Part shown: in pieces, positions 52,243 to 64,000 of the stretch
Layout of the letters: each line of letters begins with the position of its first letter
Position numbering within the stretch: the stretch's first letter is position 1
Assembly (NCBI GenBank): GCA_964016885.1
Contig: OZ024743.1
Span: 42,346,001 to 42,410,000 of the forward strand
Source: Eledone cirrhosa
Taxonomy: Eukaryota
DNA length: 64,000 bases
Reading direction: 5' to 3'
Position numbers and translations under genes: made by a program
Notes under the pieces: model-generated
What the model saw: the letters and a program-made list of their open reading frames with translations, nothing else
Told to the model about the DNA's origin: nothing
The model's database searches: none

Positions 52243-52300
<58 letters not shown>

Positions 52301-52743
52301 GACATGTAGATTAATATTAAATTATGGGTTCTTTTATCTACGTGTTTCGTAATATCGTAATACATGCGGGTTTTCTATTTTTCCCGTTTTAAGATATCTT
52401 TTGGAAAGGGTGTCATTTTACATTTCACCCCGATATTGTCTACAGTGGGAACGGTACGTTTGCAAATCTAGTAGCAGCGCATAATTGTGATTATATGTAT
52501 TAACAGATAATATTTCCTGTCAGTATTACTACAATGGGAGGTTCTTCTTATATTACATATTAATGTATTATCTTTGGTTGACCGCCATGTCTGTATTTGG
52601 GTCGAGTACCGTGTGCCCCTGTGTAACGTCTGTATATAACGAAATCCAGAATGATACATATTATGTATAAGGTACATATTATGTATAATCATACATAGTA
52701 TATCGTAATCAGTAAATGGAATTAACAAATATAACAATATAAC

Positions 52744-52797
<54 letters not shown>

Positions 52798-52810
52798 TTA
52801 TATATATATT

Positions 52811-52881
<71 letters not shown>

Positions 52882-53435
52882 AGGTCTGAACACAGTCGAT
52901 TACATTTGGAGAAAGAGAGAGGGGGAGGGAGAGAACGAGAGAGAGAGAGGGGGGAATCACCCACAATAATAAACTGGTAATTTATACATCTACCGCGAAA
53001 AGATGAAAGGCGAAATTCAGATCAGTGAGGAGAGTCGGAGCAAATGGTACAAAGAACTGTTTCTGACTCCCAATTCGTCGCTTATGTAATACATTAAGTG
53101 AATATATTTATATTCTAATAGTTTTATGCTTCTATCCCCATAAGATTTTCTTGTTTACAAATTTGTATTTTATTGAATAATTTACTACATATTTACTTCC
53201 ATTTTTATATTGAATTTACAGAAAATCGCTTCCATTGTTCTATGTGTAAGTATGAAGACATTCGTGCATAAGTCCCTTAATTTCCATGCAATATACTGTA
53301 TTGGTACAAAGGCATGAAAATGAAAGCATTAACATTATGTGGTCTTGTCTACCTATCGTAACATATAGATTTATATGAGGCATTGAAATACTTATACCAG
53401 ACATACAAATCATTTGCATTCCAATGTTCATTAAT

Positions 53436-53473
<38 letters not shown>

Positions 53474-53481
53474 TCTGTATG

Positions 53482-53514
<33 letters not shown>

Positions 53515-55043
53515 ATAATATTGCAACATTTACTCATAACTTTAAGACGTTATGTAGCTAGTCGTTGCTACTTATAGATGAAGCTACCTCTTTAATATAA
53601 TTTACACGAGTATCTGAAGTGATTTATGGCAATTCAATATAACAATAAGACAAAAAATGTCCATATTTTAATTATTTTATACCAAAAAGAATGCATAAAT
53701 AAAGACTTTAATATACTGAAATTGTAGCACATTTAGAAGCATTTATTTTATTAATGTCAGCCTATTGTTTGTTATATGTGGCAGCGAGTGGTGAAGTTCC
53801 CATCAAGTAAAGGTGGTCTATAAAACATAGAAACAGGCCAATAAACCAATACCTGAACTGGCGGCATAATGCCAGAAACTAAACTGTCTATCTGAAAATT
53901 ACTAATACATCAATATAATATAGCGGTTCAAAGGTCATAACAAGAAATTGAAGTTGAATAAAACATCCATTCTACTTTGGAATTGATGTTTCAAACACTC
54001 AGACGCCTTTAATAGAATTAATGGTTTCTTTTGACTAAACTATACAGTTTAAGGTGTGTATTAGTATGAATCGAATCAACTCATATATTATACAACTGAG
54101 GCGGCGATTTGGCAGAATCATCCAAATTTCGATTAGAATGCCTTGGCGTATGTTTCCGGGTCTATGTGGTCTGATTTCAAATATGGCTGCTGTAAAGTTT
54201 TTCTTATATCACCTCGAAGTCAAAAGTAAAATAGTAGTCCAGTACAGGGGTAAGCCTTCTGTCACTTTCTTTCCCAGTCATTTTCATTCCTTCTTTCTTT
54301 ATTTCACGCTTCAGGAAATGTGCTGCTGTTAAAACTGTTGAGCCCACTGGGTTTTAACATGATTAAGATATGTCGTAATTTACCTGGAAAACTCTACGAC
54401 TACTTCAGCATCCATGGATGTTGCTCCTCGAGTGATAATAGGCCTCTTAGTAGTATTACAGTCTACGAAGTCTTTTAACTGTACAAATTACAGTTTCGTA
54501 TCTCCAGTCTGCAAGTTCTCAACTCTTCATAAGATATACTCAGATTGCAAGTAAATTATACCTCACAACATCGGCCATATTACACCCAAATGTATCTTGA
54601 TCTATTGGAAATTAATTTTGATAAATAAACGAATATTTAAGGAGAGATATTAAGTCGTTTGTGTAAAGGTTATCATTTAAATCAGAGAAATCTACGGAAT
54701 ACCTTTCTTGGCCTTATTATTTCAATGAGGTAAAGTGCCCATTGAAACTCAATCGAAATATGTATGATTCCTCTTATTATATACTGGCATTGTTCAGCCA
54801 CTAATATGTACAGAGTTGTGTCTGTATGTCTTTTTTTTAGTGGGGAGGGGGCAAACTAAATTGCCAGTTCATGGTATATATCGGATATTCCCCGTATATG
54901 ATGAACATAAAAATACAATGAATCAGTAATAAGCAATGCGGGTGTAGTGTACCACTAAATGTCAACAAGGGTAACACATTATCATTCACAATATATAGAA
55001 TCATTAGAAGATCTAACTGATAAAATGACAAGTCACTCAATCA

Positions 55044-55380
55044 TATTGGTGGCCTCCCCACAGCCCCGGCGGACACAATGGAGAAGGCGTTTCCTCGAGG
55101 GACGGCAAGGGAGACGCAGTGGAAAAGCCATTCCAGCTCGCGAGGCTCACACCTGCGGCTAGCCAGCTTAGCGCCTATAGTAGCGAGTAGGGAGGTAGCG
55201 CTAGGGCCAAGGTCACTAGAAGTCCCCACTTCCAATGGTACAACAGCAAACCTGTCGGAGAGCGACCGGTATTTGAAGAGTTTGGCCTCCTCATCCAGAC
55301 GTGCAGCGGAACCTGGAATTAGTCATAGACTGCACCAGGTTGCGGCTGGAGAAAGTGTCGGTGCAAGTGGCATCCAGAAA
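55044..55380 (-). mobile_element. CRE-clade retrotransposon extreme 3' fragment (RLE domain end)
   Basis: DATCTDTFS..NL...EEAKLFKYRSLSDRFAVVPL, GPSATSLLATIGAKLASRRCEPRELEWLFHCVSLAVPRGNAFSI (CRE L.QR.S.A.QRGNA motif). Confidence 0.85.
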
Positions 55381-55676
55381 TAAAGAAACATGTAGTGTAA
55401 GTTGAGACGTAGAATCTAGATTTTGCATTGAATGTTTCTAAAGTTTAAATATTCGTTTCAAATGCTGGAATATGCAATATTTTAAGGGAATCCTGAAAGC
55501 TGCAACTGCTTGAAATCCGAGAGAAGCATATTTTCTACAACTCATATATAAATATACTTTTTGCGCACAGTGTTAAAAAATTATATGACTTAAAGTTCAT
55601 TAAAACCCACATAATATATGATCAAAGATGGTCAATATATATTATGATCAACCTGATATATTTTTCTATTTAATAA

Positions 55677-55760
55677 TTTCATCCTTACGGGGTCGATAAA
55701 ATAAAGTACCAGTAATGCACTGGGTAATTTGCTGGCCTTGTGCCTAAAGTAGAAACAATT
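55677..55760 (+). mobile_element. SINE 3' fragment
   Basis: Core and tail only. Confidence 0.8.
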
Positions 55761-56582
55761 ATTATTTTATAAAATATTAAGCATTTCATTCTCCATCAAC
55801 ATTAAATTTCACACACTATTTTTTAATATTTTACGTATGAACCGCTTGGGGGTATAGAAACAAAGAAGAGAATTGACAATTCCATACAGAACAAAACATT
55901 TAATAGCTTTCCGGTGCAAACTATGCTTCATTTAAGAACGAATTCTGAAAATGCTAGGTTGTATTCTGTTTTAGAATACGATCAATCATCAATGGGCTGT
56001 AAATGATCGTAATACCTCTACGTTACATGCTTAATTCCCGATAAACGCTTCAGAAATGTATGAAGAAAATGATAAACGTCTTTGTATTGTCGGTTATTGA
56101 TGTGGAATGTTCATTCAATTTTATAACGGAGATAGAAGAATTGGCTATATAGGGAAAGGGCTTCTAATCGTTAGTAGCAATAAGAAAATGTCTAGTTTTC
56201 ATTATTCAAAATTGTTCTAGATGATCTATAAATGTTCATTGAAGGGTAATAATGGGTATTGTTGCTTGTATGTGTTGTATCGTGGGAAATCAAATGTATT
56301 ATGCACAAATAAAAAATACATTGTAAAAAATAGTGCATGTTTAGAAGGCAATTGATAAGCTGCATATTTTGAGGTGTATATGATGAGTGTAGCTCATATC
56401 AATAACGATATGGTGAAAAGAATGTCTCACAAGCTGAAGATCGATAGGTATGTGAAAGAAGCCTTTTTTTTTCATATGGGATTTTGGTAACTGTATCGGG
56501 GAAAAACATAAAGGGATAGCTGGTTCGGTTGCAATTATGTTTATACATGAATGCCGATGTATACATACGCACACGCACACAT

Positions 56583-56694
<112 letters not shown>

Positions 56695-56947
56695 ATGCCT
56701 ACGAAGATAGGATGCGATATGATTGGCAGAATCATTAGAACGTCTGAAAAAATGCTTTGAGCTGGCTTACGTTACGCGTCGCAATCCCACCACCATGGAT
56801 AACATGTATTAGAAGATCAAAGAAGCTTCCTGTTCACATAAAATATACCTAACGATGTTTCTTATTGAGTACTAAAGAATCAATGTTCTTATAATCTATA
56901 ATCACTGCAAAATATGCAATTAAAATTAAGTAAATAAAAATTATGAA

Positions 56948-57113
56948 ATAATTGTTTCTACTTTCGGCACAGGCCAGCAATTATCTAGTAGATTACTGGT
57001 AATTTATTTTATAGAACTTGTAAGGATGAAAGGCAAAGTTAACCTCAGCGGGTTTTGAACTTAGTCCATAAAGGGACGTCCGACCCTCTACCGATACTGC
57101 CAATCCACCACCC
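56948..57113 (-). mobile_element. SINE with internal deletion
   Basis: Reverse complement of SINE head and tail. Confidence 0.8.
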
Positions 57114-57429
57114 TTAAAAAAAAATGAAATAATGGAATTTCGATTACGAATTATATTATTTATTAAACAATTGGTTAAAATATCAATAATAGACGATTTC
57201 GAACGAATGTCATATGCACAGGTCCAAGTATTTTAGAATAAAAATAGAACGTCAGCTCAACATTGGTTTCTGCTCAGTGGATGCAATCTGGTATGAACGT
57301 CAGCGCATTCTATCCCATTGAAGGTGATATTTAAACTGAGAAGGCCTGAAAACATACAGCAACATTTGTGAGCTCTGATCCATAAGCTCTGATCCAAGCA
57401 ACTTGATCAGAGCTCACGTATGTTATCCA

Positions 57430-58026
57430 ACTATTCCCTTTAGCATCTACTCTGAATCTCCAATCGGTTATTTTGGTCTGTAAAATGTCAAGCGATTCTT
57501 TCCTGGGTTATTTTAAACACATGCCCGCAATATCAGAGTTGTGATATCTCAATTTGGTGAAGTAGAGACTCTACCTCGAGTTATTTTCTGATATCTGAGA
57601 CATGCACTCTGTCGAGTAACGTTACTCCATATACTATTCGAAGAAACCTCATTTCGAACATGAGTGTCTCTGTCTTCGCAGCACTGATGTTCATTCTTTC
57701 CACGGACTACTCAACAGCAAATATATCAAGTACTCGGAAATGGCCTTGTGACGAGTTAAGTAGTACCATGCCGTAGGATACTTCGGTCGACTAATGCTAC
57801 ATCTACCAGTCTTGATACAGCTACCGACCCGGCTGCGTCTGTCAATCCAGTCTGCGAAATTTATGAATAAGACTGGTGGCAGTAGGTTCCATTGCCAGAG
57901 TCTGACACCCAAATTGAATGGTTTTGCCTTAGCACAATTTATCCGAATACAAATACTAGGGTATTGGCATAAAGACATCGGAACATCCAGAAGCTGTCCA
58001 TCGATTTCATACTCCAAAAGAACCAC
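57430..58026 (-). mobile_element. Old RTE-clade LINE RT fragment
   Basis: FNLGVRLWQWNLLPPVLFINFADWIDRRSR...G.CSISR resembles decayed GLRQGCVLSPLLF..FMDWIDRRS...ISRLLFADD. Confidence 0.7.
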
Positions 58027-58940
58027 TGTCTTGTCAGTAGAAAGAGGTCATATGATTAATTTTTTAATCAAGAGCGAAAAAATAAAAGGATTCATTCATA
58101 TCAGCGACATTTGGATTCAGCGAGCCAAGAATCGGAAGAAATTCCAGGTTATTTATTCTGATATTTCAACGATTTCGCCAATTCGACCGTCTATATAATA
58201 GAGATGTGCGACTAAAATGAATGAATGTCCACTATTTTAGACAAAGCAGGATTAATCAGAAATCTAAAGTGTTTAAAGCCAAAGATATGGCATACATGAA
58301 ACTACTACATCCGTTACATTCTTATCCCTCATTTCATAATAAATAACAGCATTTACAATATGGTAAATCGATTTTAATATACTGTAAGAATTCTCAAACA
58401 ATTTCAGGCTGTCTTTCAATTTGAATGTGTTGACTGAAACTAATTTACTGAGGCTGTCTTGTTGTCTGAAAGCAATATACTACAAAATTATTGAACCACT
58501 CAAAACATATATTGATAATCTATTTTTAATTAATATTCGTCTTTGACTTCTAGCTCTCTAACTCGGCTCAATATTGGCTATAAGTGCAATCGACAAAGAT
58601 ATAATTTTGTTAAAACATTCATCTTTTCTAAACATCGTGCTATATGAATGAAGTATATTAAATTAGACATATTCCGTTAGATAGGACCAAGCTACTATAC
58701 GTTCTCTAAGTTTGTGTCGGCTATATGCTGTCTAGAGTTTAAAGGCATGCCATTACTAGAGATAGTTCGAAATTACTCTGTGATAAACTTGTTATTCAAA
58801 ATAGAATATTTACATTTATATATTTCCCTTATACTCTATTGATAATATATGACGTTTACCTCAATATTTTACCACTCTCTACACATGTTTTCATACTCAA
58901 TCACACAACACCGCCCATATGCCCATATAAATATGTGTAG

Positions 58941-59002
<62 letters not shown>

Positions 59003-59004
<2 letters not shown>

Positions 59005-60675
59005 AAAAGTCTTAGAAGAGATACCTTGACGACTGTTTCATCATCTGGACAGAATCTCTAGATACTCTGGATGAGTTCTATATCTTCCTGAATAACCTAC
59101 ACCCGTCTCTCCATTTTACAAAGGAGATGAGTAGTACCAAAATGGTGATCAAAAACGACACCACCATTAACACGGATATATACTATAAACACACAGACAC
59201 CCATCAATATCTGAATTTTAAGTCATGCCATCCAACTCATACGAAATGCAACATCCCATACTGCCTAGCCAGAAGAATTTGTACCATTGTAGAAGATACG
59301 ATTACCAGGATCAAACACCTAACAGAACTTAGGGATTGTTTGCTCAAACAAAAATGCCCATCTCTACTTACAGAAAATGGAATACAGCGGGCTATAAAAA
59401 TACCTATACAAAAACTTAGGACAACCCAAGGAAGAAGAACCAAGAACTAGTCATACCATTTATAAAGACACACAACCCATGTCACCAGAATATCTTCAAC
59501 ACTGCCAAACAAACCTACCGACCATTGCTCAAAATAATGAGTTAAAACGTTTAATCACAGACAGAGCTTTGATACTTAGTAAAAGACAGCCAAAAAATTT
59601 GAAGCATTTACTAACAAAGGCAAAGTTTGACCTTAACAACAAACACCAATCATTCACTGTATCTAAATGCAATGATAGTCGATGTGGCACATATCAGTTC
59701 ATACATACTGGTCAATATATGAACACAAAAACTGGAAACATATTCCCAAATGCAAATATGAACTGCAAAAGCAGAAATCTAATTTACTGCATTAAATGCT
59801 CGAATTGTGAAGAACTATATGTCGGTAAAACTGGAAATCCACTATCGGAACGTGTACGGGTGCACCGACAGCAAATCAGAGACCCAAATGTCCGTCAGAT
59901 ACCCCTGAATAACAATCTAGCAACATGTGGTCAGAATATATTTATAATATTTCCATTCTACAAACTACACAGCCCACGTGAAATCAAGAGAACAATTAAA
60001 GAAAAGAATGTTATTGATAAATTCAAACCCAAGCTAAATTAACAATAATAAGCTTAGGGGTATTACTTCTACTTTGACTACGCCTACGACCATGTCGACC
60101 ACCACCACTAACAACAACAACAACAATACTAATAATAAAAGTGATGTTGATGTTGATTACTGAAGATGTTTTAAACCCCTTTAATTTTGTATCAGTTTTG
60201 TAATTTGTACAAGTTTTTTCTATTCTCAACTTATCAACCTGTAATTGCAAGATAGCATTGTGATTTCTTTTATTCATTCCTCACTATCTAATTGTATATG
60301 TTTTTTATTTATTTCTAGTATCTTTTATTGTCTCCTACTCTCATTCGATTTAACTATTCTATAACCTCCCTCCTCTATTTCATACACTATCCTTAGAATC
60401 TGCTGTATACATATCACTTTCAACGCCTGACCGCTCCACTCACTCCGCTATTGTTCTACAGGCAAGTTCAGCCAGCCCTACCTCCCACCAAATGCCATGA
60501 TAGACTTATTTGTGTTTACAACAAATTTTAACCAAATCTCTTGACAACTACAACCTTCCCATATAAAGAAGGTACCCCCTTTCGGCTATTTATTCACCAG
60601 GCTAAAAATTCTAGATTAGTCAAGAAATAGCCGTCGAAACGGCTTGAGCTCTGCCGTCGGCGTCATACTTTTACC

Positions 60676-60680
<5 letters not shown>
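59003..60680 (+). mobile_element. 5'-truncated Penelope-like element: RT C-terminus, thumb, GIY-YIG, 3' region
   Basis: KRYLDDCFIIW..LNNLHPSLHFTKE (59014-59125), DIYYKHTDTHQYLNFKSCHP..KCNIPY, NLIYCIKCSNCEELYVGKTG..LSERVRVHRQQI; (TA)n on both sides. Confidence 0.92.
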
Positions 60681-60753
<73 letters not shown>

Positions 60754-60874
60754 TTAAGCAAAACAAGACCACACATTTCACAAGGAAGACATTATTAAAA
60801 GATTGTCAACATATTTTAGTTTGATGTAATGAATGTAGAGAATAATAATAATAATATTAATAATAATAATGTCC

Positions 60875-60994
60875 GTTTACAATTGTTTCGCTACTCAATA
60901 TAATATTTATGGATCAGATGACAATATATCATAATTGATCTGGTTCAGTTGAACATAATTAACATATTTAAAAAACAGAGCGGCTCATCGGAAC
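60875..60994 (-). ncRNA. Hammerhead-like motif, CCGAUGA core, ~95-nt stem II domain
   Basis: GUU CCGAUGA GCCGCUC...GAGUAGC GAAA CAAUUG UA AAC. Confidence 0.5.
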
Positions 60995-62378
60995 TTCAAA
61001 GGAATATAAATTAAAATAATGAGAGAATGTTACATAATATAATGTTCCATATATTGGTTTTTCACTATGGAGTCTTGGTTGCATCAGTTGTCAGCCAAAA
61101 TCAAGCACTATTCATCTGTCGAGGCTGCATTTTGTGAGATCTGCCTATGGGTAACAAGTTGGCTGCCAAAGGACATATTTACCTTACTAATTAGAGGGAG
61201 GTTTCAGGGGAAGTAACTGCTCGAGAGATTAGAAATTAGGGGAGTTTATAGTTAAGTGCTAATTTTTTAATTTTCTAATTGAGAGACAATGTAGGGGAGG
61301 TAACTTATAATTATCTAAGTTAGTCATAGCTATTTAACTTATTAGCTACAAGTAAAAATGGGGCTAGATGACTAAGTTGGATCAACTATTCTATTCGCGA
61401 AGGAATTAGCCCTTCGATGTTGACAGCTAATAGTTACCTCCGATCTATCGTTAATCGGTATAGGTCATGATAGAGTTATGTAATATGCGTCTGTAATACA
61501 GAGATCACAAGATTTTCTTCGTCCATTGACCGGTTAGGCCCTAGCCACGATATCCCATTTTAGTGAGTATTGAACGTTGCTTAATTTAAGGTTTTTAATG
61601 AGCCTAGCTAGCGATGTCGAACATCTGGTGCTAGGGTTTCGGAAGGAAAAAGAGTGCGCGTTATAGCGTACCTTAAAAGGGTTAGAGGTAGAGCCGATAT
61701 AAGAGCTGGTATTCGAAGCAGTTTTAACCGGGCACCTATAGACTATGTTCGGTGTCAGGCAGTGTCCATTTAATGGGCATGCATTAGGGTAACGGGAGTT
61801 GCAGTTGCTTCTGGTTAACGGCAGTTGCAGTTGCTTCTTTCTTCCGTTCAATGGACGAAAAAATCTTGTGATCTCTGTATTGCAGAAGCATATTACATAA
61901 CTCTATCACGACCTCTACCGATTAACGATAGAACGGAGGTAACTATTAGCTGTCAATATCGAAGGGCTAATTCCTTCGCCAATAGAATATTTGACCCAAC
62001 TTAGTCATCTAGCCCCATTTTACTTGTAGCTAATAAGTTAAATAGCTATGACTAACTTATATAATTATAAGTTACCTCCCCTACATTGTCTCTCAATTAA
62101 AAAATTTAAAAATTAACACTTAACTATAAACCACCCACAATTTCTAATCTCTCGAGGAGTTACTTCCCCTGAAACCAGCCTCGTAGTAAGGTAAATATGT
62201 CCTTTGGCAGCCATCTTGTTACCCATAGGCATATCTCACACAATGCAGCCTCGACAGATGAATACTGCTTGATTATGGCTGACAACTGATGCAACCAAAA
62301 CTCCATAGTGAAAAACCAATATATGGAACATTATATTATCTAACATTCTATCATTAATTTAATTTATATTCTTTTCAA

Positions 62379-62498
62379 GTTCCGATGAGTCGCTCTGTTT
62401 TTTAAATATGTTAATTATTTTCAACTGAACCAGATCAATTATGATATATAGTCATCTGATCCAGAAATAGTATATGGAGTAGCGAAACAATTGTAAAC
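62379..62498 (+). ncRNA. Hammerhead-like motif, mirror copy in the right pLTR arm
   Basis: gtt ccgatga gtcgctc...gagtagc gaaa caattg ta aac. Confidence 0.5.
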
Positions 62499-62807
62499 GG
62501 ACATTATTATTATTAATATTATTTTTATTATTCTCTACATTCCTTACATCAAACTAAAATATGTTGACAATATTTTAATAATGTCTTCCTTGTAAAATTT
62601 GTGGTCTTGTTTTGCTTAACTAACAATGAATATTTCCAGCTCTGCGCACCTAACTTCTGCATGAACCCAGCATCTAGCTGCTTTCTACTGCATATTGCAC
62701 ATTGAGCACATGCCTTTACGCTTTGGCTTCTAACTAATTCACCAATCTCTCCTCACATATCTCCTCTCCTATCTCCATCTCTCTCTTTAAGATTGGTTAC
62801 TCTTGAA

Positions 62808-63752
<945 letters not shown>

Positions 63753-63950
63753 AAGGTTATATTTCATTTGTTGAAATTCAACAAACTTAAAAGGGTATGT
63801 CAACATTCATAAAACAAGTTTTGTATTTTATCTGATGAAAGCGCACCAAAATTTGCCTTGGTTGCCCTTGAAATATATATAATAAAATAATTATGGTTTT
63901 ATAAATATAGTTTCCATTTATTAATATAATGTATATATATATATATATAT

Positions 63951-64000
63951 ATGTCAACTCTGGATGTCGGTGAGCATGTCCAGCTAACCTGTCTCCTCTG
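63951..64000 (-). mobile_element. RTE-like LINE fragment running off the window edge
   Basis: atgtcaactctggatgtcggtgagcatg matches 17836-17863. Confidence 0.7.

Larger units (their letters stand above)
60750..62622 (-). mobile_element. Truncated PLE: GIY-YIG stub between ~780-bp inverted pseudo-LTRs (60750-61533 and 61844-62622)
   Basis: The arms are reverse complements; spacer ORF CNSRYPNACPLNGHCLTPNIVYRC...YIGSTSNPFKVRYNAHSFSF. Confidence 0.92.

Noticed and set aside
60750-60870. A-to-G bias between inverted arms as a fossil of ADAR editing
   Set aside because: The mismatches in the ~120 bp I compared are mixed (C/A, C/T, G/T, T/G, T/A) with no clear A>G excess.

Overview
AT-rich, repeat-saturated animal genomic DNA. 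The tRNA-derived CORE-type SINE and an OR-type SINE tail suggest an octopus/cephalopod (inference). I find no intact protein-coding gene; most listed ORFs are translations of (TA)n/(CA)n/(AGY)n microsatellites. The window holds at least 7 decayed Penelope-like elements (PLEs; RT and/or GIY-YIG remnants), mostly sitting in (TA)n tracts, two with ~0.75-0.8 kb inverted pseudo-LTRs. It also holds two CRE-clade retroposon 3' ends, RTE-like LINE fragments, more than 15 SINE copies, a non-autonomous Helitron, MITE/foldback elements, 640-bp and 91-bp tandem arrays, and a recent SINE-bounded ~4.7-kb tandem duplication. The signal missing from the ORF track is RNA structure: about 13 hammerhead-ribozyme (HHR) motifs from several unrelated PLE families. 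These include one apparently intact canonical copy (9341-9420, minus), minimal copies with palindromic stem III, and variants with very long (80-95 nt) stem II. Weaker, inferential signals are a decayed cadherin-like membrane-protein gene (33.6-34.8 kb) and a chain of minus-strand micro-exon candidates (46-56.5 kb). All RNA folds and translations were done by eye.
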